This document shows positions 22,501 through 35,400 of a stretch of DNA of 64,000 bases, piece after piece (within the stretch, counting starts at the first letter, position 1; each line of letters begins with the position of its first letter). The notes under the pieces are model-generated. The model searched no databases. It saw nothing but the letters and a program-made list of their open reading frames with translations, and was not told the origin of the DNA. The translations under genes and the position numbers were made by a program. Origin of the DNA: Antedon mediterranea (lineage: Eukaryota; Animalia; Echinodermata); assembly GCF_964355755.1 (NCBI RefSeq), contig NC_092673.1, positions 4,030,001 through 4,094,000 of the forward strand. Direction: 5' to 3'.

Positions 22501-25500
22501 CAGTAAAAATGTAGACACACTATAATGCTTGGTCTCAAATTGTTTGTGGTCTAAAGGTTTAAAACTTTATTTATTTACAATTTTGTTAATTTCTTGTTGA
22601 TTTCTCCAAATCTGGTGTTTCAGGAATACAATAATGCTTGGTCTCAAATTGTTTGTGACAAAACTTTCAAACTTTATTTACAATTTTGTTGATTTTTCCC
22701 AATTAGCATTCCAGCTTTGGTGTTCCAGCATAACCATTTCTTGGCGTTTTCTGAAAAGCGACTAACTGGAAAGCAAGACTATGGACCAATGGAAATTGTA
22801 GTTAAAAGAAGGCCCTTAGAAGGTGGCAACTGGAGTGATGAGACATGCATATATCCTGTAACAGAAACTGGAAAAAGGTTTGGGATTTTTATTTTACTCT
22901 TTTTACTATTTTTAAGTCATTTTATACATTTTGGAAACACGCCGAACATTTCTTAAGTAGTTTATATCAGCTGCTGCTTTTACAGATTTTACAGAGCTTT
23001 CCCAACTTTCGTAAGTCCTTGATTGACACCGAAGTGTTAATATACAGTCTACATTTGTTTAACATTTGTGTTTACTCCACCCTTAGCTTAGGGTGGAGTA
23101 AACACAAATGTTAAATTAAAATAATGGAGATGAAAATTCACAATACAAAGATATTAGACGTCCATGTCAACAACAACGATAAATATACATTTTTTCTACA
23201 GAAAACAAAAGAATTATAAAAGTTTTCATACGAGAATTATAGAATCTTTGATGAAAATAATCATTTTAGATAATCATTGTAGGGGGTATTATTACCTCAG
23301 TGAACTGGGTCACAAAATAGCCCCAGTGTTCTGGGGATAAGAAAGGACAGTGATTAATTAATTTGCTGTTGGTCATCCTTGGCCACATGTGCCTAAATAC
23401 ATAAAATTAAAATAAAATTGTAGTATTAGTAGTTAATTATTCAGCTTAATGACTGGCATCGACTTTTCTCTTTTCTGACACATTTAACATTTCTCAACTC
23501 TACATTTGAATTGTACATTCCTATTTAGAATTGTTATCCTCTTTCAAATGGAAGCATGCTCTGAAATGTGGTCCCTGTATCTCTCTTATCTTTTTTTTTA
23601 AAGGCCAATGAATCCCGTTCCTATTGTTATCGATGAAACTCACATCATCTTACTGTTTAACACTTTCCCGGAGAAAAAGCCGGAAAACGATATAGTAGAA
23701 AGTGACAGACGCTTATGGAATTTATTGATCACACACAGTTATGATGGTGGAAAAACGTGGGGACCTTCCGTTGAACTACCAGTTGACGAGATCTTTTCTA
23801 ATTTCGAAAATGGGATACCATCTTGTTGCGCTATTGGTATGTTTATTTCTTTTCCAATCCAATCAAAGAATTGTCAATCATGGCTATCTGTTAGAATGTA
23901 AATAAAGTTGTGTTTTGTCAAGATAAAAACGAGCAGTTGAGTTGATAATATAGTATCCTATAAATAATCGCAGAATTTGGCCTGATACTTCGACTACGCC
24001 CCTTTTGGTTAACTAAAGCTGAAAATATCCACAATGCACATCAGCATATTTGGAAAGTGCCTGGCTTTAACTATGTTTACAGTACGATACTTTAGATGCT
24101 GATGCCCAGTATTGTTTAAATTGGAAGTGATTTTTAAAATGCCCTCTATGTTTTTTTGCAAAGTTACAGTCATAAAAATGTGTTTTAAATTTTTCTTAAA
24201 AATATTAAAAATACCATATTAGCCACAGTCACTTGGGGTAGAAACCTCCTGTTTCAAAACATAAATGTACAGTACCAGCTAATTTTTTTAAACTACGTAC
24301 ACAATGATATTGTATTATACAGGACCTGGTCATGCTATCAAGCTGGATTCAGGAAAGTTAATTGTGTCTGGAAATGTTAGATGGCCAAAATCAAAATCGA
24401 AACTTACACGTAAGTGGTGTGCTAAAAATAGAATGTCAAAATCCCCATACAGTTGACCCCAAAATTGACCTCTTTCTGTGTGTACTGTATTTCCAAATGG
24501 CATATATATTACAATATACCTTCATTGTAATTTACAGTACATTGTACAGTATGCAACAAAGCCGTAGCGAGAGGTTAAAACCAGCAAGGCACAGATGGTT
24601 CAACAGTTACGGGGAAATGGCAAAATTAGCACTGTGTGGTCATGTTACAAGAGTTGTCAAAACAATATAGATTATCTGATAAAAAGCCTTTTGCCATTTT
24701 CCCCTGACTGTTAAATATAATTATTAATATACAATATGACGATCTCTGATGGGGAATTGTGGTGGGTAGTGAAAATTGAAAATTTAGGACGAGGAGAGCG
24801 CTCATCTGCCTCATGCTGGCCACAGCCCTGGTATTCATAAGCCCTTGATACTCAATCCCCAATTTTAACAAGGCCGTAGCGAGGGGTGTCTAGAAAACTC
24901 AGATCTCAGATATATCTGACTTTTCTAGATCTAGAAAACTCAGATATCTGACTTTTCTAGATCTAGAAAACTCAGATATCAATATCTGACGTTTCTAGTT
25001 CCAGAATGAAACTAGAAAACTCAGATCATCAAATGATTGGTTGGTAGGTCATTTGGATCATTCCATTATTAATCAGAAGGTAGGTCATTTGAAATACTAG
25101 AGTATTATTAAAACTGATTACTGTGTAGGCCTACTAATATTGTAACATGTAAAAGCGTCCTACGACTTAAATCATAAAGAAAATACAGTGCATGTTACAG
25201 TTAAAATGTAGGCTTAAAAATTAGGTATGTACGAGTTGGTGTGGGTACGAGCTGGTTGAGGTACGAGTTAGCCAAGATAGGAATAGGTACGAGTTATTTT
25301 AGGTACGAGTTGACCACTTCTAGCCTTGTAGGGCCAGGCCTACTCTTCGCGATAGGGTGTCTCGAAAACAGAGACCTCGAAAACAGAGACCAGCTGAGAC
25401 CCGAGACCCAGGGTCTCTGTTTTCGAGGAAATCTCGAAAACAGAGACCCCACTAAAACGTCTCAATATTACGTATTATAGGGGTCTCTGTTTCGAGTTCT

Positions 25501-28500
25501 CGAAAACAGAGACCCCCACTAAAACGTCTAAATAATACGTTATTATGGGGTCTCTGTTTTCGAGATTTTATCGAAAACAGAGACCCCCACTAAAGCGTCT
25601 CAATATTACATTATATAGGGGGTCTCTGTTTTCGAGAAAAACTCGAAAACAGAGACCCCCCACTAAAACGTCTCAATATTAAGTCATTAAATTACCTTAT
25701 ATAGGGGGTCTCTGTTTTCGAGAAAAACTCGAAAACAGAGACCCCCACTAAAACGTCTCAATATTAAGTCAATATTACGTTATATAGGGGGTCTCTGTTT
25801 TCGAGAAAAACTCGAAAACAGATACCCCCATTAAAACTTCTTAATATTAAGTCAATGTTACGTTATATATGGGGTCTCTGTTTTCGAGTTTTTCTAGAAA
25901 ACAGAGACCCCCACTAAAACGTCTCAATATTACGTCAATATTATGTTATATAGCGGTCCCCACTAAAACGTCTCAAAATCACAGAATGACGTATCAGTAA
26001 TAAACGGTAACTGATATGCCGATCAAAGAACATGCCGCAACGATAAGAAGAGATTGATGAATTCTTGAACGCGTGTGAAAAGACTGTCATTTTGTAATAC
26101 AAGGTCGACGTCCTAGGAGTAAGATGTATAAATGCATGCTGTGCCTTTTAGAAGCTAAAAAGCTGGAGATTATTTCAAAAGCTGACACTAGTTTCTCGGG
26201 TCTCTGGTCTCTGTTTTCGAGACACCCCTTCGCGATACATCGCGAGATAGCGCCCACACGTTGAGCCTTGAATTGCTTAGCTTGGCTAGTAGAATGAATG
26301 AGGTAGAAGCCAGCCGGAGAGGTAGAAATTCTCATATGACTTTTCTAGACCAGTTTTTTCTGGGGAATCCAAATATATTGGGTAAACAGGCTGTAACCTG
26401 AGAACTTTCGCGTGAGGGCGCTTTTTTCAAAATGGCTGCCAGTTACAATAGACTATGATATCTTGGCAACCACTGGTGATACAGAGTTGATTTTGGTGTC
26501 AAATTGGTCGGAATGTACATGTTCCTATTTGATGTAATAGAACATTTTGTCCGAAAATGGCCGGAAATACCTCTATTGACCTTTGACCCAATATCTAACA
26601 GATACCATATCTCCGTAACTACTTGACACAGAAAGTTGTAATTGGTGTCAAACTATCCAGAATATAGATGTTTATATTCAAACTAATAGAACATTATCTG
26701 TAAAAATGACCGGAAATAACTTTAGTGACCTTTGACCCAAAATGCAAGACATTTCTCCTATCTGATCACGTTTAGTAGTATCTTGTCAATTAATTCATTT
26801 TGTGCCGATTGGAGGTTGACATTCTCATATTATTTTCTGGACCAGTTTTTCATGTGTAATCCTAATATATGAGATGAATAAGCCATAACAAGGCCAAGAA
26901 TTTAATTCTTTTACTACATACATACATGCTTCCCTTTAGTGTTTAAGTCTGTATGTCGTGTATTAATCTTCAAGATCGCTCACATCACTGCCATCTGAAA
27001 AGTCTTCATATTCATAACTGGAAGCTTCTGGAATCAAAAGCAAAATTTGTTGACACATTCTGCAACCTTGGAGTGTCAGCTGTTCCATCAAAAGAGTTGT
27101 ATGAGGAACTTGAAGAGTATGTTTCACTATTGTATGGAGTGAAGGGGAAAAGTGTAAATCAAGCAAGATATGATATCTTCATCAGAAAGTTTTCCAGACA
27201 CAAGATTACTGATATATCATTACTGCCACCATGTCAGCAGACCCCTTGAGTTTCATATACTTAGAGCAAACTTCATTGCAAAAGAATGGCAATCAGCAGA
27301 CGTCAATGATTTTGTCAACAACAGTACACACAATGGATGGAATGAACAAATGGAGCCTAAATGGATTGAGACAGTGATGCCCACTGATGTCCAGGAACTG
27401 TTTACACATAATGAATATGAAGACTTTTCAGATTGCAGTGATGTGAGTGATCTTGAAGATTAATACACGACATACAGACTGAAACACTAAAGGGAAGCAT
27501 GTATGTATGTAGTAAAAGAATTAAATTCTTGGCCTTGTTATGGCTTATTAATCTCATATATTCGGATTGCACATGACAAACTGGTTCAGAAAATAATATG
27601 AGAATGTCAACCTCCAATTGGCACAAAATAAATTAATTGACAAGATATTACTAAATGTGATCAGATAGGAGAAATGTCTTGCATTTTGGGTCAAAGGTCA
27701 GTAACGTTATTTCCGGTCATTTTTACAGATAATGTTCTATTAGTTTGAATATAAACATCTTTATTCTGGACAGTTTGACACCAATTACAACTTTCTGTGT
27801 CGAGTAGTTACGGAGATATGATATCTGTTGGATATTGGGTCAAAGGTCAATAGAGGTATTTCCGGCCATTTTCGGACAAAATGTGCTATTACATCAAATA
27901 GGAACATGTACATTCCAAACATTTTGACACCAAAATCAACTCTCTATGACCAGTGGTTGCCAAGATATCATAGTCTACTGTAACTGGTGGCCATTTTGAA
28001 AAAAGCGCCCTCACGCGAAAGTTCTCAGGTTACAGCCCGTTTACCCAATATATTTGGATTCCCCAGAAAAAACTGGTCTAGAAAAGTCATATGAGAATTT
28101 CTACCTCTCCGGCTGACACCTACCTCATTCATAGCCTAGTCTATAGGCCTAAATGCTAAGCCTACATTTTATAAACAAAAGGTGTATACTGTATTTCTTT
28201 TTTAAGTCGTAGGCTGCTACTACAAGTAGTCTGGGTTCCAGACGGAGTTTTGTCTTAATATTAGTTAAAAGATAAATATTTTGGCACATATGGCGTTTCA
28301 TACGTATACTACTTGATTTTGAAATCGCGGTTGAAATAAAAACAAATAAATAAAAAAAAAAGATAATACAGACTTGGGGCAAGTCTACTACTACAAGTTA
28401 CAATAATAATTATTAATTATTAGTAAGAAAACGTATAATACTGTAGTCTTTCAAACAAGCTACTCTCTACTAATAATGGAACGATCCATTTGATGATCTG

Positions 28501-30259
28501 GGTTTTCTAGTTCCATTTTGGAACTAAAAAACTCAGATCTTGATATCTGAGTTTTCTAGATCTAGAAAAGTCAGATATAGATCTAGATATATCCCAATTT
28601 TTTCTTTTTACTTATATTAACTTTCTTTTTGTTCTTTCTCTTTGTTGTATGTTCCTTGTTTTCATCGTTTATCAAATTTGTTTTGATGTATTAAAGAATT
28701 TGAATTTATATTTGTAAATCCAATATGGAACAATATATTAAAAAGTGTAGTTCTCATTTTCACTGGGTCTCTTAATTCACAGGTCAATTTGCTATCATAA
28801 GTGACATTAACAATAATGACAATAATGGAGCAACCTGGCATATGGGAGGTTTAATTTCGTTGCCTGAATCTAAAAATTGTAAAAAAATAAAGAAAATCTC
28901 AGGAGGTGAATGTCAGGTAGGCCCACCAAAGATAATTAATATTCAATGATTATTGTAGAAAGTTATGTCATTTATTGTTTACGAGAAAGTCCGACATATT
29001 TGAAATACTTATTTCTTTTTTTCAATTAAAATTTAAATTACTTATCACTTATGTCTACAGAAAAACGAGTTAGATTTCTAAATATGTTCATATATTTTTT
29101 CTTTGCCCCATTATTAATAAATGATTTTTTTTATTGATGCATAAAGTTCTGTCTTCACTATCAAACGTTATGTGACAAAAAAATGTGATGTGCCCATATA
29201 TAGACATGATGATGTCATATCACTGCCATCTTTGGGCATATCACTACCATTATTTGGGCACACTTTTTTTGTCAAACTAGTTTGATAGTCTAGACAGAGC
29301 TTTAGTTAAAAACTGTAATTATTTATACAAATAATTTGTTATTATTTGTAGCCAGCTGACATGGGATCAGACAATGTTGTGATAAACTGTAGGACTGGAG
29401 ACAGCAATCCACGTTTCCAGTGCCATAGCTCTGATGCATGTGAAACATTTAGTGACTCACAGTTGATGCCAACATTAATTGAACCAAAAGGTGGTTGCCA
29501 GGTTAGTTTTTTTTTTCACCCATTTCAGGATTCCACTTACTAATATAGTAAAATGCATTCAACATACAGATTCTGTGCCTGATTGTTGTCAGTCAACTAG
29601 CTGGGGCTAAATCAAATAAAAATTTATCGAGCGATCCCATTTTTGGAGTTTTGTAATGACTTGCGGCAAGTCTACCTTGCACCCTGCATAGCTGTGAACT
29701 ATGTCCATGTTCAACAAGTTTGTATTATTTGATTTGGTCACTACCAGTGATGTAGTCACAATATAAGTGGTCCGGTTTTCGCAATAAAAGGAAACAATCT
29801 CTGTTGAAGCCACTGGGTTGTCAAAGGCCTCTGTGAAAAAGAGGTCAGGTTGAAACCTTACCCGCCATACTGGTGGCTACGGCCCTGACTACTGCTTAAT
29901 TTCCCAAGTTACATAGGGCCTAGTTATTAAAATAATGTATGTATTATTTGTAGGGGAGCATTATTGGTTTTAAAGCAAACGATTCGAAGCTTCCTGAAGA
30001 CCCTGAACGCTGGGCACTGTTTAGTAATCCAGCGAACAGCAAATCGAGGAAGAACCTTTCAGTGCGTTTAAGCAAGGGCCAATGCCAGAATTGGTATGAC
30101 CCTCCAAACATAGTCATCGAACGTCATGGTTCTGCTTACTCAGATTTGGCAGCATTCATTCAAGACGGTGAGCAAAAGTTTGCGTGTCTTTTTGAACGTA
30201 ATAAGACATCGAGACGACGATATATTGAGTTTACGACCTTTACACTTGGTAAAGTGTAA
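16539..30259 (+). CDS. Sialidase (NEU2/3/4-like), paralog B, 9 coding exons, 392 aa
   Basis: Exons 16539-16569, 21911-21931, 22298-22343, 22707-22877, 23604-23836, 24323-24409, 28783-28916, 29352-29501, 29954-30259 (1179 nt, no internal stop). Starts MGGCCLKSKVGPVCTPKVTVFESSRKKKKTKYRIPAL; all catalytic motifs retained. Confidence 0.9.
17421..18895. mobile_element. Foldback DNA element with long TIRs and an internal 21-bp palindromic minisatellite
   Basis: Left end TACGAAAGCCCATTAATGCCATTTTAAG mirrors right end CTTAAAATGGCATTAATGGGCTTTCCATA over >180 bp; interior is ~60 units of an 18-bp palindrome plus a 3-bp spacer. Confidence 0.88.
18900..20682 (+). mobile_element. Remnant of a pogo-like DNA transposon with a decayed PHD finger
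   Basis: 20062-20214 translates NWMCLYCKEDY...GEICIMFSVCEE*AHEDCAG...FTCELCC*; repeated GGGGCAAGTTGTCACA motifs; right end ...CTCCCC followed by TA. Left boundary uncertain. Copy at ~40258-41410. Confidence 0.5.
19242..19867. mobile_element. 626-bp non-autonomous Kolobok-like element (unit B only)
   Basis: TTAA at 19238-19241 and 19868-19871; imperfect TIR AGCCCCATTCCCTAC / GCAGGGAAGGGGTCT (RR...YY termini); unit C has a single TTAA at the empty site (~40596-40599). Confidence 0.85.
20690..21350 (-). mobile_element. LINE (CR1/L2-like) reverse transcriptase fragment
   Basis: YTDFSKAFDKL and GVPQGSILGPLLFNIF motifs in ORF 20836-21165, FADD after a frameshift. Copy at ~41418-42078. Confidence 0.88.
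25355..26227. mobile_element. MULE-like non-autonomous element with internal hairpin-repeat array
   Basis: TIR GGGTGTCTCGAAAACAGAGACC; TSD CTTCGCGATA at 25345-25354 and 26228-26237; internal GGGTCTCTGTTTTCGAG...CTCGAAAACAGAGACCC units. Copy at 46083-46955. Confidence 0.85.
26290..28143. mobile_element. Academ-like non-autonomous transposon with ~725-bp TIRs
   Basis: TAG...CTA termini, 3-bp TSD TAG (empty site GGCTAGGCC in unit A at ~8623); interior encodes frameshifted VNQARY...LLPPCQQT/LEFHILRANFIAKEW...HNGW...PKW, resembling the C-terminal region of Academ-type proteins. Confidence 0.8.
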
Positions 30260-30319
30260 AGGACTAGCCAACACTTGCTCTTCTTTCTTGACCTCATTTA
30301 CCTACAAATATAATAGGTC

Positions 30320-30510
30320 ATTAACTTACCAAGTTACTCTTTAACTGACCTAGTTACTCTTTAGCTGACCTAGTTACTCTTTAGCTGACCCAGATACTCT
30401 TTAGCTGACCTAGTTACTCATTAGCTGACCTAGTTACTCTTTAGCTGACCTAGTTATTCATTAGCTGACCTAGTTACTCATTAGCTGACCTAGTTACTCT
30501 TTAGCTGACC
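30320..30510 (+). repeat. 20-bp minisatellite 3' of the sialidase B stop codon
   Basis: (TTAGCTGACCTAGTTACTCT)n, ~9 copies; same at ~51048-51238. Confidence 0.9.
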
Positions 30511-32487
30511 AAGAATGCCTTCTTGCCCCAGGGCATTTACCCATGAAAGGCTAAACTATTTAAGCCTGGAAGTTAACATTCTTGGATGGTTGTTATATGA
30601 CAATCACAGCATTGATTCTATGTTATTCTATGTATATTAATTATATAATTATTTTAGCGTTTTAAAAGGACAGAACTGGAATGACATATATTTATAATTG
30701 CTGGACGGTTTAAAATTATATAAATATACAGTAGATTTATGCTGTGTAATTGTACTTATCTTGCAATTGAATTAAAGTTGATATACTGTAACTACCTCAA
30801 ATTGGACATCATGTATCGTATTGTTGTTTGACTATTAAAATACACTTTAATTACTAGTACTTATTTTTGTTGAAACTAAATTATGCAGTAAGTAAATTAC
30901 AGTATGACAAGCATAAATCATGAAATTAAAAATTCACTTATTAAACATGATGAAATAAAGATCAATTATGAACATGGTTAGTGTTTTTGTATCTTATTCA
31001 TATTTTATTCCAGTTGAGCTTTCTCATTTCAATTGAATCTTGTTTTATTTTCCACTATATTGGTGGACTTTTTTGATGTTTGTGTACTTAATTTATCTTA
31101 ACAGCAAATAGAATTTGCAATACAGAATATAGCTTTATTATTTACTTTTATAGTACTGTATTATACAGGTATTAAAATTATTTAAAAATAAATTACAAAA
31201 CATTATTTTTCAATTTTTACTGAACACCAAAAAGTGTTTATATTATTTCTAAAAAATATAATACATATTCCTTTGCACTTTGAGAGTTTGGTGTAATGGT
31301 TATGTATCCACAGTCACAGTTGAGATCGCTGGTTCAAGTCCCGCTGAGATTTTTTAAAATTATTATTAGGTCTATTATTTTTTTATTTCTTTTTTCTGAC
31401 CCTTCAAAATTTAACCACAATTATATGATGAGTCATTGTTCATTGTGGCTAAGTTTGGTGAGAATCGGATAAAATTTGAACTCGTCCGAGCTTTTGGGGT
31501 ATAGATCACTGTTTCCAAATTTGGTGAGAATCGGATGAAAACTGTGGCCTCCAGGCTGTTCACAGACACACACACACACACACCCACCCACACAAACATA
31601 CAGGGGTGAAAACATAACCTCCTTGGCGGAGGTAATAATATAAAAAACAGTACTATGATGTCTTAGTGATCATAATAGGAAATACAAAGTTAGTATATTT
31701 AACTTGCACTGGCTTTTAAAAGCTGCACTATATACTGTATTTCAAAGCATTTTTTGTCTTGATTGTTGCTTTAGAGCCTGTCCTGAATATATTTATTGCT
31801 ATGCATGTCAATTTGACTTTTATAACTCCATGCGTTTGCTTTTATAGGATATACAGTATTATGTATATTCTTTTTTAAAGACATCTTTACACTAATAAAT
31901 GTCGATTACTGTTGTACTTCTTTTTGAATCTGATTATTCTAATGGCAAGTTGACATGATTACTACCATTACAATAATGTACTGTAAAGGTAAAGGTCCTG
32001 TATTAAATTCTGAACATAAGCCTCGGCATTATGTGGTAGGGTGGCCAGTTTCTTTCCACAGCACCTTGTCCTCCCTAGTATTTTCAACCAAGTACTCATT
32101 TACAGCTGAGTAGACTGGGAGTTGTCAAGAATGGAACCCAAGTCTATCTGTATGACAGTCAAGTGTCCTAACCACTCAAATACAGTACCTAACTGTACTG
32201 TGTAATAGCTAGAAACCATAGTATTACAAGATTTAAAGTCAATTTCAAATCAATTGGATATAAATTATTAGTACTGATGTATATATGCGACCTGAGTATT
32301 GAATCTCCCCGTCCCTTATAATACCACAACCACAACCCTCTTGAAGATCCATGATCCTGTGCAATACAAGGACTGCAACATGAGTACTGCAAGTACCCAC
32401 AAATTCTAAATATGCATTATTTATATACTCTGTTGATATTCTGTATATCTCTGGATTAATTTGAATGGTTGTCTTGAATTCCTTGTA

Positions 32488-35400
32488 CTAATTTGGTTCC
32501 GATGGATGTCTCTCAATTGCTTTTGGCAAGGTTTCTCCAGCAGGCCCTTTGAAGTGGAAACTGCAATAAACGTAATTTACATAAATAAACATTCTAATAA
32601 ACCAGAGACCACTATTAACATCTATTTTTATCTCCATTATCAAGCCATGGCTGTTCACAAGACAAACATATACAGAAGATGCTCTACATATATAGCCTTC
32701 AGGCTAACATAATGTATGCCAGAGCCCTTCGATTGGTAGCGAAGCCACAACTCAACTTGATTGACTCAGTACTTACTGAAATCGGCTTGTTGCCGGAGTA
32801 TCTTCCAAGTTAAACTCGGCAGTTGGCACCTTGCTATCGTACGGCCTAAAGGCAGCAGCAGGGTACACAACAGATGAGGTGCCCACCTAGAGAAATGATA
32901 AATACATTTCATAAACATATTGTAGGCATGATCGAATGTTGTCACTTCAGCTATCAACCCTAAAGCTCTGTCTACACTATCAAACTAGTTGGGCAAAAAA
33001 AGTGTGATGTGCCCAAATATGGTAGTGATATGCTAAAATATGGTAGTGATATGACATCATCGCCCTATATGGGCACATCACATTGTTTTGTCACATAAAG
33101 TTTGATAGTGTAGACAGAGCTTAATATGAATACGTAGACTTGTGATTTCTCTCACCCATCTTTGAAGAAAGAGCTGTGCCATTGTTTAAGAGGAATTGGT
33201 AAAATGAAGAAACGAATAGAAGGCTCCAAAATGTAATTATATAATAACTTAAGTTTCTTTTTTTTTGCTAAAACCTTTTCTTCTATTGAAATGATTAAAA
33301 TAATCTGTTTTGATTACTATAAATAGTAAATAAGAGGCGTTTTACTACAAATGATTGAAAATCACCTACCACCAAATAAAGATCGCATTTTTCAAGATGT
33401 TTCTCAATTTCCATTAGTGTGTCTGGACAAAGTGGTTCACCAAACCAGACAACGTCGGGCCTGGTGAGTGCTGAACATTCACCGCACCTGAAGAGAAAAA
33501 TATTCATGCCATCTATATTAAAATTATGCAGGGAACAATGATTCTGAAAACTAGTTGGACAAAAAATGTGTGATGCACCCAAATATGGTAGTGATATGCT
33601 TCAATATGGTAGTGATATGACATCATCACATCTACACATCACATTTTTTTGTCACATAAAGTTTGATAGTGTAGACAGAGCTTTACATTAGTAAGTCATT
33701 TGTACCTGAGGCTTATAATGTTGATATTCGCAAAGGCACCCCCCAATCACCTTCCCACTTGCATTATATCAGTCTCATGACCCCTCTTTTGAAGTTTGTG
33801 TATAATTTGTGTTGTCTGGCACTACATACAGTATATTACCACTATCAGTAGGAATGTTTACCTTGGTAAATCTTCTACAGGTATTCTGTCACCTTTTGCA
33901 TTTGGATCTGGTGAACTTTTAAAAAAGATAAAGAACAAGATTAGCAAAATATACTACTGATAAATAGATCATTTATTAAGAACAGTGTGAAATCTATTGG
34001 CAGCCATGACAAAAATACATAGAAATTTATACAGGTTTAACAACATAGGATTCTTTGTAAAGTAATATTATTATTGAAATATAATATACTACTTACCCTC
34101 TACCAGCAAGAGCAGGAACTATGGGATTGTTGTAATTGCTGAGAATAATACCACATTTTGTACATCTGGTCTTGTATAGAGATCCTACAAAAATAGCAAA
34201 AGTAAATAAAAATATATTTAGTTAGCACATTTATTTATTCACCAATAGCAAATGAATTAGAGCAAACAAAAATAGCTTTTTGCCCCATACTAACAAATAC
34301 ATTGTATACAGTATGAACAATAGCAATGAAATAGATATAACAATATATAGTATATATAAATATACTAAGTGAAAAAATATGATTGCTTTCCATTAAATGT
34401 GTTCAATGCCAAACAAATAAAAGAGTTCCTATTTATTCTGAAAATCACTATCGGCATGGTTATCTGTGCAAATAGCACAATCATGCATGATATTTACTAT
34501 TTTCTATGCAGTGGACTGTACTGGATAGAACGGGGATAAAAAAACAGAATTAAGAAGAATGGTGGAACTTGCCAATAGAAAACTATTACAATTTTGCTGG
34601 TGATAGTCTCAAGTTATTCTAAATAGCGGAGCTGTAGCTTGGTGATTAACATGCTTGCCTTCTAATCCCAAGGTCTATGGTTCAATCCTTACCTATGTGC
34701 CAGGGTTGTAACTCATGACTCTTTCAACTCCGTTCGCTAAGCCTCAAATGAGACATACAGAGTTTATAAGCGCGATAAATTAAAAAATAGTTCATCCATT
34801 CTGTAACTGCTTGCTGATGGATGAAAAAAAAAATAAATAGGAACAAATTAAATGGACTACTGTACCAACCATGAATCTCTAAGACTTTTAAAGATCCAGC
34901 ACGGCGATGAAGTTCATCAATGTTCTGTGTGATAACAACAACTGTTCGTCCTTGTCTTGCAAGTCGTGCCTCACATTCTGCAATAGCCTGAGAAAGATAA
35001 AGAAAAATAAAAAAAGAAAAGAAAGAGAAGATAAAGCTCTGTCTACACTATCAAACTAGTTTGACAAAAAATGTGTGATATGCCCAAATATGGTAGTAAT
35101 ATGAAATCATCATGTAGTAGACAGAGCTGTGTTTATCATACCTTAATGCACAGTTAAAAACCTTTATGCCCAAATGTTTGTTTCTAATCGTTTATAGCCA
35201 GTATTTGGCAATTTATTATGATATTGCACTTACAATGTGTGCCTTGTTTGGCTCCTTCGATGCAGCTACTTCACGACGATGGCTCCCGCGATGGCTATAA
35301 AACTCCCACACAAGTGATGGATTATCCGCAAAGGCATTAGGACTGACTAAATCCTGTTTTAAAAAAAAGGAGTGATAGTGATAGACACTGTATTGTAACT

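Larger units (their letters stand above)
24884..28595. mobile_element. Old TIR element (GGGTGTCTAGAAAACTCAG arms) hosting two nested insertions
   Basis: Arms rich in TTTTCTAGATCTAGAAAA palindromes at ~24884-25035 and ~28485-28595; partial copy in unit A at ~8425-8900. No clear TSD. Confidence 0.5.
14093..34981. repeat. Tandem segmental duplication, unit B (near-identical to ~35453-55709)
   Basis: ORF track repeats with offset 21358 before ~19240 and 20728 after ~19870; only a few differences were visible by eye. Confidence 0.95.

Noticed and set aside
25380-25980. CRISPR-like look of palindromic repeats separated by spacers (also the 21-bp array)
   Set aside because: Spacers are themselves near-identical repeats, there are no cas genes, the context is eukaryotic, and the array is bounded by TIRs and a TSD.
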